In this document: positions 53,727 to 64,000 of the stretch, one piece after another
Layout: each line of letters starts with the position of its first letter
How positions within the stretch are numbered: the first letter of the stretch is position 1
Assembly: GCA_001949185.1 (NCBI GenBank)
Contig: BDGG01000001.1
Coordinates: forward strand, 2,621,324-2,685,323
Length of the DNA: 64,000 nucleotides
Source of the DNA: Ramazzottius varieornatus
Lineage: Eukaryota; Animalia; Tardigrada
Direction: 5' to 3'
Position numbers and translations under genes: made by a program
Notes under the pieces: model-generated
The model's database searches: none
Seen by the model: only the letters and a program-made list of their open reading frames with translations
Told to the model about the DNA's origin: nothing

Positions 53727-56700
53727 TCAGAAAACACAAAATTCTTTATACAAGAGCTTCCGTATCCTGTAGTAATCCACTGAGAAAGGTCCTTGAACTG
53801 TCAGCTTCCCAGACGATGCCTATATAGTGATAAAACAAAAATTCATGCCGTTGAGAGGGAAGCGTGGCAGTATTCACAGCGAAGGAACCTTTGAGCGTAC
53901 CTTGCTAATGACGACACATCCATTGCAGACAAGAGATCCCGACAGGAAGTCGCTGTAGATTCCATGTTGCCGCAAGAACTTCTGAATGTCTGAAAGTTTG
54001 TAGTTGTTTGTGACCAGTGTTGCAGGCGGAAGAACCTGTAAGCAACATGGCTGTTGGTATCCCGACTGGTCGTTATGCCTATTAAGCGGTAAGAAAAGAA
54101 AAGGGACAGCTTACAAATTTCTTAGGTGGTGCAGGTTCCAACGTTGGAACGTTGGGATCGTGAGACACAGGCACTGTAAATGCACAGCAAAATTAAGCAT
54201 GGAACCACAGAGAAATTGGATATTGTGGTAAATCCTTGGAATGTCTACTTGGAATGTCAAACTCGGATTCTTCTCGCTCGGTCACCGGTTCTCGGTACCA
54301 CACTTTGCAGTGAACCAGTGCCATCTGCCCTCCGTCCTTCATCGGCTTCCACTGAACATCCCGCAGGAAGGCATCGCTCAACTTTGCCTGGAAGAAGTAC
54401 CCATTAGCCCGATACGGATGGACAAACTTGTTAGAGACTCTACCCGATAGATGTGCGTCTCCGAGGAGCAGTCGACGATCTGGTGGATATCCGGGTAGAA
54501 GATGTGCTCGCTTTTCATGTTCAGCTGGGTCGTTGCGAATGTCCCTACGATGTCCGCGGTCTGCGATGTTCCATGGACCAATATCTAGGAAGCAGAGACA
54601 CCGTACAAATACGATAGTTATCCATGCAATAACCAGGCTGGTACAGTACTAGACTCACGAGTCGCTTTGGGTTGATCTGTGCTAATATCTTCTGCAAGGA
54701 TTCAGCATCGACCCGTCCTTCGTAGTCCACGAACTTGATCCGCGCCTTGATGTCCACTGTCAGCGGAGTCGAAATACATTTCGTCGGTGCTTCTTCAGCC
54801 ACTTCTTGTTCATCCACGTCCATCTTCTCGTCACCTGCACTCTTCCCAGCGCCACCACCGGCTGTCTTTGCAGCGACTGGGTCGAATTCGAAAAGTCCCT
54901 TGTTGATCTCCTTGAGACGGTTCTTCATCATATCCACACTAGATGAGATTACAACGCAAGCATAAATCCTGGATAAGTTCAGTATCAAAGACTTAGCAAA
55001 CAACGTCGGCCGGATCGCTCTTCCATGTGGCGTACGCGTTCAGCCAATAACACTGGAAACGTGCGCCACTTGGATTCCTTTCTAGTTTCTGCCATTGATG
55101 GTAGAAAAGGTTTTAAAAGTTTCACACTGGTACTCACTCAACAGACATCCCGAACTCGTCTTTCGTTCGCTGGTCTCTCTCAAAGCGATACATGGCATTC
55201 GGCTTGGTCCCACGCTTCAGCAAATGAAACGGAAGTCGACCATACGGCCGTATGAACAAGTCCGACTCTTTCGAGACCAAAGCCACGTCCTTCTCGACAA
55301 GACCTATAGCTGTATCGGCGTCCAGATCCCCCGCCTTCAGTTCTTCCTCTTCCTTGATCTCCTGTTCACGCACCACCTTCGCGTCTCTCTCCTTCCTTTT
55401 CTGTTCCAAATACTCCGCCAGCTCTAACCCTTCTAACAAGACCCTCTTCTTCACGTCGATCGTCAACCGGGATGTCTGTGGCTTGTCAATGAGGTATCTA
55501 GCTAAAGTGCCGACTGATGTTCGCTGTGTGAGAATGATAGTGTTCTTGGCGTTTCGACACACATCAGTGAAAATGTTCCGCGAGAAGCCGCATTCGAGAT
55601 CGGGCTGAGAAGCTACGACTACTTTTGGACTGCGAACTTTCCTCAGCTCGTTTTGCGTGTGGCATAGCTGGACGTGGTGGAAAGCGAAAGGGTTTTGGCG
55701 TTGGTCTTCAAAGTTCTTCATGAGCTTGTCACTCATCCATTCGATCTGTGACTTGGCAAACTCGATCGCGTTGTACGCGACGTTGTTCAGGATGCACACG
55801 CCAAAGTTGCTTAGGCCCGATTCTTTGTTCTGCCACAGCTGATCCTATAATCAAACACATAATGCACTATGAAACGATCTTCAAAGTGATGTCGACAACA
55901 CTCACTAAGACTCACCAACATGTAGGCTAGTTCGAGAACCCGACCAGCCGTGTCGATCGCGATGAGGACGTCGCCTTCTGCTCGTAGCGTCTGAAGAATA
56001 GTGGTCATCAGTTCTTCATCCCGAAGAACTCTCTTCGGGGGGTTGTAGGCAGCGTTCAGCATATCACAGATGAGCAGGTGTGGTCGATTTATCGACTCTA
56101 GCGATAAAGCATTCAGATGCCTGCAAAGTTAAACGCGTCAAAACATATTATCCGTGTTAGGTTGACTGCGAATTTTTCATAGTTTTTCCCACAAGAACGA
56201 AGCCACTGCTTCTTTTCACAAAATACCGTTCTTTCTTATGTGCGAAATCTACCGCATAGACGATTTCTTCCTCGTCCTTCACAATCTTCCACAGACATCC
56301 TCCTAGCATATGTCCAGCGCATAAGCTAGTCAGCTTTATACCTTCTCCCTTCCCTGAAATCCATAAATTATTTTCTTCTGGCATCAATATAGTATGCAGC
56401 GCCAAAGAAGCATGAAGCAATTCTAGAGCAACTTACCTTTGAGAATCACAGTTTGGTTATACTTGACCTGGGTGATTTTGTCGAAGGCCGTGTCGATGTG
56501 GTCCAGAGTGAACATTTGGAAGTCTTCGTAATCGTGCCTGGACTAGAACGAGGAAGAACGGCACTGTGATATGCGAAAAAACACACACTTGGTATGTCTC
56601 AAGAAAGACTTGCCTGGTAGAGATCATACATGAACATTTGTCCCATCTTGTATACCGGACTCGTGGAATAGATGGGGCAGTCTAATCCCAATCTTCCCAC

Positions 56701-56999
56701 GAGGTAAGGGAGCGCTCCGACATGGTAGATGTCCGAGCTGGTCAGGAGTACGCAGTCGATACGTGGTAATATTCTGGAATAGTCCAAATGGATGACGCGC
56801 GGTCAGACGGATAATCTATGTAGCGGAATACAAATATATCGTACACGTACTTGGATAGCTCCTCGATATACTGCTCGTTGAACTGTTCATCCCATCCGCA
56901 GTCCAGCAGGATACCGAATCCGTCTATCTCGAGGAGGTAACAGAACGGTGTGAATTCATGGACTCCGTTGAAGGGTTGAAGATGGATAATGGAGGGCAT
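53727..56999 (-). CDS. CPSF2: Cleavage and polyadenylation specificity factor subunit 2 (CPSF100), multi-exon
   Basis: [85 protein letters not shown], and the C-terminus [16 protein letters not shown]. Confidence 0.96.
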
Positions 57000-57649
57000 A
57001 TTGAACGTCCACTGGCCTCATCAACGGGGCACTCCGTTCAGTAGTCCTGTCTCCTCCCGCGAGCTACGAACAACGTTTCTGCCCTGTTATACATAGCCAG
57101 AAGACAATAGTATAATACTATTCATCTTTCTCGATGGCGCCGGACTTTGAAGAATGATTGAAATGGGAAAAGAAGGCTGAATTGAATGAATTCTCTATCG
57201 GAAATCTACCTGGTTGATCAATAATCAACCAAAGCTGCCGCAGAAAGCCTTCGGGCTGATCAGGATGGATCTTTGAAAGGGTAAATGGCCTGCCATGCCT
57301 GTGCGAATGTGCGTGCTATGGCGAGCACCAACATACAGGTACTTTCTGGTGACGCCAGCCGGAACGAGCTCCAATGTGACCACTGGCCACTGTGCTGTAT
57401 CCAGTGTAAGATGTCCGGGCCTTTTTTGCTAGTTCTCGAGCAAGATAAAAGCAAGATAAAAGGCCGGTAACTATAGCACCTTTTGGTCCTGGAAGAACAG
57501 TCGGATCCTTGTTTTGCTCTTTGGGAAGTTCATAATCCCCTTTGTTTCAGATTTTGCGGCTACCCGTAGTCTGATGTACGGTGATCCAGTAATGTGCTGT
57601 TCAGTTGGTGACTTTTGTCAGAAGCTGCTGGTTACGGAACGTGTTCGCC

Positions 57650-60600
57650 ATGTTTGCAGGGGGCATGATGCTTCCCGTCATATCTCTTACTGGTTCAAAA
57701 TCGAAAACGGATGTTACTGGTTCGGGGTCTAAGACGAATGTTGCTCCCGACAAGATTACCAGTTCGAAATCCAAAACAGACATTGTGCCGGATAACATTA
57801 TCAACGCGCAATCAAGTACGGATGCTGTTCCCGAGAAGGTTGTTAGTGAGGATTCGAGACCAGATATTGTAATTTTTGTTCCGGACAAGCACGAGCCTCG
57901 GAAAGCTCTCAGTGTTGAAGATGACGAACTAAAGCTGTCCACTTCCAGTACCGAGAACCTTCGTCCGCTAAATGATGACACAACGGGACATTCTGTGCAT
58001 CCGATAAAGAGAAAGAAAAAGAAGAAGGATAAGCCGAGAGTCAATACGTCGGAAGATTCAAGTCAAACTTACCGGGATCTCCGTGACGGGGGCGACGACA
58101 TGGTCAAACCGGAAGAATTACAAATTAATAACAAGCATATGATTCGCAAAACCATCTACGTGCCCATTATGGACGAACTGAATATGCCTATTTGGGACGC
58201 CAGGGACGATGCCGCGGCAGAGCAGGTAATGTCAGCGTTGTTATCACCGGCGTCAATCAACAAGCAGAATTCTCCTCCCGTGGTATCACACAGATGCCAA
58301 GTATCGCTGTACAAATGAATTCATTGAATTGTCGTGATCTTTAGCACAACTTTTGGAACGATTTGAAATTCAAGCTTAAAATTCGAGGCTTATTTAAGGC
58401 TTAAGACTGCGCGAAGAGAAATCTTTTCTGCCCTTCTTTGTCATACGAGATTAACTCGGTTATACCTACTCAAAAAATTGTCCCGAACAATACTCTTGCT
58501 GACACCACCCCCCAAATTCGCCATAGGGAACGAGATCCAGAGATTACGTGACCGGAAACACATTCCCATGGCGAAGATCCGTACTAACCCATGAACAAAA
58601 ACGGTCCTAATACACCCACTGACTCGATCTAGGCTGTCAATTAAGCGTGAAGTTACCCCAGCCTGCTGCGGTAACACCCGTCCCCTCGAGCGTCGAGCCA
58701 GGAAACGGTTAGATATTCTACAAAAACTTTATCAGCCTGGTTTCCCAAGCTACCCTTCGCGAGCTTCCTGGCTTAAGCTTAATTGGTCTGTGATTTATTT
58801 CTGGCAATCTCTTCTGCTCTTGCCATTTATTGGGTTATGATCTGAGAATTTCTGCTACAGGACGAAGAGGACGAAGATGAAATTAAGCCGCAAGTGACGG
58901 ATGGAGGATTTGGAGGGGACACTTCTTTACGGGGCTATCGCAACTACGAGTTTGACCAGCCAAATAGCCCATGGGACGCTAACGACTATAACGACTACCG
59001 GGATTCTTCACCCGTAAACTTGAGGAGAACCACGGAAGAGGCTGACATGGGTCCGGATCCGACCGATGAAGAATACTGGAGCAGAAGGTCGAAGACCCCC
59101 CGCCCACATGATCGCGTAAAGGACTCCGAGCAGCGAGACTCCGAGCGTCGGCGCAACAACAGCAGTCTACGGCGGGAGGATGAACGGAGAAAATACAGCC
59201 AGTGTCCTTCGGGAAGCCCGTTTGATGAATACAATTCTGGGCGGTATCGGAGGCCTTCGATAACAAGGGAGATGATCGAAGAAGCGCGACGCCTATTGGC
59301 TTCTCCCCGCGATCGTTCAATGGGCCAGACGTGCAACCTTTCATTTTCAGAGGACCGAAGAAAGGACAATCGCGAAGATGAGCAGCCGGACGATCCGCAA
59401 GATAATGGCAAAGTAAAAATAGATGAACGTTTACTACGTAGTGGCACATCCAGAGCACGAAGAGGTCAGCGGGACTCCCTCAACAGAGACGCAACCTTTG
59501 GAGAAGCCGAAGCTATTCGCGGATCCGGCCCGGAAGTAAATACAGTATGAAGTCGGAATCAAGTCTTCCGTGTGTCTCCCAAGCAAATTTCGTAAGGACG
59601 TTTGAGCAAAGTACTTATTGCAACCTTGGTTTTCGCAGAGCACGGTTGACGGTAGCCGAGAAAGAAGAAGGGAAGAATACCGCGAAGGAAGCCGTGAAAG
59701 AAGTCGCGAAAGACGACACAAGGAAAACCGTTCGCCTCGAGGAACCGGCGAAGAAACCCGCGAAGAACGTCCTTCGGACGAGGTTCGACCGAAAGCGCTC
59801 TCTCGCCATATCCCTCATAAGCCCGGGCACCGACCGAAAAAGAAGGAACAGGATTTTCGAGATCAAGACCCTAACGACGATAAGAATGGTCCTTCGCGTG
59901 CCGACGAACAGCGATATTCAGACGACATCACCACAAAGACCGCCGACGGCCACCATAAAGTTTTTGTCGGACGAAACAAGAAGGTCCATCACACACATCG
60001 CGAATACGAGCAAAAGATTAATTTTGGCGAAAAGCCTCCGGATCTCGAGCACTTCCGCACAAGTAAGGAGCCGGCAATCCGTCGTAAGAAGAACAAACAC
60101 GCGCGGAGGGACCATCGCGACACCCAGACTTCCGGCATCACGCTGAAGTTTGAATCCAACCACGACATGATCAAATACGAAAACAAGTACGAAAGCCGGC
60201 CCAAATACAAAGAAGGGAAAGAACCGCAACTAGGTGACTTGGACTATGTCGACTCTGCTGACAGAATAAAGGCGGGCGAGGGGATGGATCGGCATGGCCG
60301 TCAGCTTCTTACGCCTTCTGCTGGAAGTCAAGAAAGCGTTCAAACGATACCATCCTATGATCAGCTAGACCTTGCAGGGGAATCTCCTACAAAGCCCGAT
60401 CCTCGCCTCATCTTATCTCCTCCTCGCCCAGAGTCCACTCCCAAAAGCATTGATAAACTATTCAGCCACAGAGATTCTTCAGGCAATTACATTCAGAAGC
60501 CCAAAGAAAAACGGGCTGATGAGGAACCCCGCAAAATGCCTGATCGAAGCTCAGCCAAAGAGAAAGGAAAAAATGAGTTAAAGCCGCCGACAGAGGAGCC

Positions 60601-61891
60601 CAAAAAAGAGCGTGCGGAAAAAACTCGGAAGGAGAATTCTCGCCCAACCGAAAAGCGGAAGGTGGAACCTGTCGCATTGAACAGGCCGTGTCGATCTCCT
60701 CAATCTGCTCCTTGCTATCCGCCACCCGGATGTGCAGCTGCGTTTTCGCTGTTGGATTTACCGCCAACTGGCAGTCAGATCGCCCGGCAGTCCAACGACC
60801 CTCGTCTCGAGGTATACCAACCCACTGCAAGTTACACAGCGGTGGAACTACGGCTTCTGATAACCAGGATCATCAAGAGAATGGAAAACAGGCACCGATT
60901 AAAATCCCGACTTCGGACTGAACTGGGCATCGTTAGACAGGAGCAAGAACGGCAAGTCGCTCTGACGGACGAGCTGGTGAACCGGTATAACAGTCTAACC
61001 AACACTTACGAGAACCTCAAAAAGCGGAAGTGCGAGCTAGAGTGTGCATTCAGTCCAAAACGCTTCGAAGAAATGCGTTGTCAATTTCAAGCGTTCAAAC
61101 AGCGTCTCTGCGCTGAAGTGGAGAAACGAGATAGCGCTATGGATACTCTAATGAGAACCACTGATCAAACTCTCTGTCTTTTCGAAAAGACCGCACAAAA
61201 TGTGGAAGATCAATGGCTGCAAGAGCTGACGTACCTTAGAGGCGAGAATGCTGTTTTAGATGCCGAATACTACCGTACACAAGCCGCCATTCGGCAACTG
61301 GAAACCGACACCAAGAAAGCCGCGGAGAAAACTAAGCGAACTTTGAATAAGTTACCACCGCCATGTCCAGTTCCTGTATGCCTTCCTTTGAATACCTGCC
61401 CAACCTCAGCCCGCGTTTTGTCAGAAGCTCGGCGAGATCGCGCTTTGTACTACGATCAGGTGCTTAGTCTTCGCCAACAGTTTGAACGAGCTGTCGGAGC
61501 GAGAAACGCCAAGACAGAACAACATTTCCAACAGTTCGAGCAGCAACTGGTGGGAATCTCGAAAGGTCTCCAGCATGTGTTGAAGACGCTAGCTTCCGTC
61601 ACCTGCGACATGACTCCTGTTCTCACACATCCGGTAGTGGGGTGTTTCGTAGCTTCGGCTCGTTCTATGAAGATGGATGTCGTCGAGGAGACGGTGACCC
61701 GAGCCAGGCAAGAGAACCAGCGGCTGTTGGAAGCAACAAGAAACTGCCGGAAAGAGAGTGATGACCAGAACGAGCTCTCTTTTGCAATACCAGAAGCTGG
61801 CCAAGTTGAGTATGCGTTGCTTCCGAAGTACCGCAGGGTTGTTGGAGAAGAGAAAGGCCATGGGGAAGGTTGTCGTGTTCAGTACCACTAA
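57650..61891 (+). CDS. Large orphan protein (~1190 aa): charged low-complexity region plus C-terminal coiled coil; exons ~57650-58282, 58861-59544, 59639-61891 (start uncertain)
   Basis: Three long ORFs are joined by phase-0 GT-AG introns. The product is R/E/D/S/K-rich with a heptad-like helical C-terminal third. No family was recognised. Confidence 0.7.
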
Positions 61892-62068
61892 GCTTTTGTA
61901 AAGTACCATTTCAGTACCATTTCAGTACCATTCTCGCTTTTGTGAAGACGGCGCAACCCGAAGTACATAACTGTTTATTAACTCGACCAACGTGGTGACC
62001 ACTCCGTCTGACAAGTGGTTACTCTTGTGAGCGTAAGATACGTTTACGTACTTTGCTTATACTGTGCT

Positions 62069-62983
62069 CTATGTTCTGAGTCTCCTGGCTTTCCACGCTG
62101 CTACTTTGTCATTCGGGTTCCCGCTAGAACCGTCAAACCAGAGACGCATACATGGCTCCCAATCGGGCGCGTACACGAAGGAATGGTCGAACACACTCTC
62201 ACAAAAGTTTTTCGCGCTTCCGAAGACTTCTATGAAGGTTCTACACGAAGATGCTGGTGGACATTTGTTGACACCTGCAATGTAAACATTTTTGTTATCT
62301 CCAAATGGATCAGAATTCACACTTCCGGGTGCTATATCTACCTCCTTCCCACTTGAAATCGCGCGCCCAATTCCTAGTACAAGTGAAATCGTCGGCGCAA
62401 TCCTTGAACCAATTGTCGCAGTCCGTTTGACATAAAGGTACTTTCATAAAACGATTACTTCTGATTTTGCGCTTATCGTCGACTATCCAAGGACCAGTGT
62501 TTGGCGAACATTCTGCAAGCGAAAACACGAGTACTAAAGCCTGTCGTATGCATGCAATGCACCATGCCGCCGCCTGGAGGTTTTTAGTCACGCTGTGACC
62601 CTCACCGTAGAAGCACAAGTCACGAACAAAATGTTCTCGACATTTCTCTGATAAGGGTTTGTTCTCGCAGTGATCCCAACGGAAGTTCAACCAGGAACCA
62701 TCCTGCGTGGAGTTCGCGGTAATTCCGAGCGCGGTCTCAATTGAACAACACGAGTTCTTCGACCAGGCAGAACACTATGAAAATTGAGTAACTGCACGAA
62801 TTTAGGGATTAATTTATGGAGGAGCAGGACACTTACGTGAGTATCTGACAAGCCAGGTTCAGGAGAGGCATTTTCTTTGTGGTGTCTTCCCTCTATACAC
62901 TGATTTAGAAGCTGGTCTTGCGCGAGGCTCCATGAAACCTCCAGGATAAAAATAAAGAAGGCGAAATTAGTCCGGTCGTCCAT
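62069..62983 (-). CDS. FOLR: Folate receptor family protein (folate/riboflavin-binding fold), four exons
   Basis: Signal peptide, CIEGRHHKENASPE, CSAWSKNSCC, FRWDHC, CREHFVRDLCFY|ECSPNTGPW, VPLCQTDCDNWFKDC, CMRLWFD...NPNDKVA. Confidence 0.93.
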
Positions 62984-63469
62984 TTTCGAGCACCACTTTA
63001 CGCTGCCGGCAAAAAAGCCAGCGGATTAACGTTTTTTGGACAAGGGAAAATGAATTCACAGCCTTCTGAGAGACTGTACTCTTATTGTAGGTGCCGCGAT
63101 CGCAAGACAACCCATGACATGTGAGGATAGGATTATTCAGAATTCTGCGGGAGTACTTTCCGGTCTTGTTGCAAACAACGCACGTCAGCGAGAACATGTA
63201 CATTGTATCAGTGTTTCCAGTGCCGGAAGACAGACGTAAACCTCGGCAATTAAAAACCGGTCGCGGGGCTTAGTGGCACCGGTCAGCCGAAGATATCGCA
63301 AAACGTGCCATGAAATGCTTCATGTCATGTTTATTTATAATCAACTGTGGAAAATCTCGTTGTTTACTTGCCTCTTAGAATAACTTTAGAAAGCCGCTCA
63401 AGCAGATCGACCCCTAATATCGGTCAATCGACCCAATTTGATTCGGATACGAGACAGTAAGCTTTTGAA

Positions 63470-64000
63470 ACCCTATCTATCGGGTAACGCCTCTACCAAG
63501 TTTGTCTGTGAAGTTCACGCAGGACTAGAAATTATGGTACAGTAAAAATTATGGTACAGGTTTTTTCGCTATGGCGGTAAGGGAGCACGTTCGTACATTT
63601 TTCGACATTTTTCTACGATAGAATTTGCATTTCGCCTTCCTTTCCGCCTGTCCGATAATTTTTACTGTACCATAATTTCTCGTCTTGCATGTACTGTAGA
63701 TTCCTCAGTCGTGCTAATGCTTTCTTCTTTCAGGCAAAGCTGACCGATTTTATCAAGGGAAGTATCGGTGGAAGCCCACTAAGGACGGTGGGCAGAGGAC
63801 ACTTGTCCACTGCGATGTGTGGTGCCGGGAACCGCTGACCGAGCGAGAGGAATTTGAATTTGACATTCCAAGTATGCTGCCATTTAACGGAACATCCATG
63901 TGCTGAGAGGTTTTATGTTTGACCGTTGGGAACATTTCATGGTGCCTGTTTTGCAAGACCCTAACGTCTTAACGGTGGAACCCTCCTAAGAAATTCGTGA
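63470..64000 (+). pseudogene. Inverted, decaying genomic duplicate of part of CPSF2; may continue past the window end
   Basis: 63734-63871 encodes WKPTKDGGQRTLVHCDVWCREPLTEREEFEFDIP versus [34 protein letters not shown] in CPSF2 exon 54249-54387. Intron positions are kept. Lesions: a 1-nt deletion, the next acceptor changed to GG, and a small deletion producing a stop. Confidence 0.88.
63511..63696. mobile_element. Short degenerate MITE inserted in an intron of the CPSF2 pseudogene
   Basis: About 42-bp inverted repeats (63519-63560 versus 63647-63688, four mismatches) containing AAATTATGGTACAG. The right end is ...GTACTG|TA. Confidence 0.7.

Noticed and set aside
57285-57470. Cys-rich 61-aa ORF as a zinc-finger first exon of the orphan gene
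   Set aside because: Splicing from its donor to either nearby acceptor (57550, 57604) hits a stop within a few codons, and the Cys spacing matches no family I recognise.

Overview
Eukaryotic, gene-dense animal DNA with many short (about 50-100 nt) GT-AG introns. The style is consistent with a compact invertebrate genome such as a tardigrade, but this is an inference. About 19 spliced genes were reconstructed by hand: two tandem V-ATPase c'' (ATP6V0B) paralogs, a four-zinc-finger muscleblind, ATG4, two head-to-head SUEL-type lectins, MYRF, a multicopper oxidase, SKI2, a GT43 glucuronosyltransferase, a class A peptide GPCR, group I PAK, REXO2, CCDC174, CPSF2, a ~1190-aa orphan and a folate receptor, plus two genes that the ORF track misses: a standalone MARF1-like NYN-domain protein and a GFGC-type defensin. 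Mobile DNA comprises a degenerate intron-containing pogo-type transposon (25-bp TIRs, TA target), a hAT MITE with an 8-bp TSD, several other MITEs, and a family of ~82-bp-period palindromic units found at about 19 non-coding loci. The highlights are an intron whose two ends are duplicates of each other (intron-gain signature), twin hairpins in a muscleblind intron that are complementary to the 5' splice site, the hidden defensin and NYN genes, and an inverted decaying CPSF2 duplicate. All calls come from manual reading; no database searches were run.
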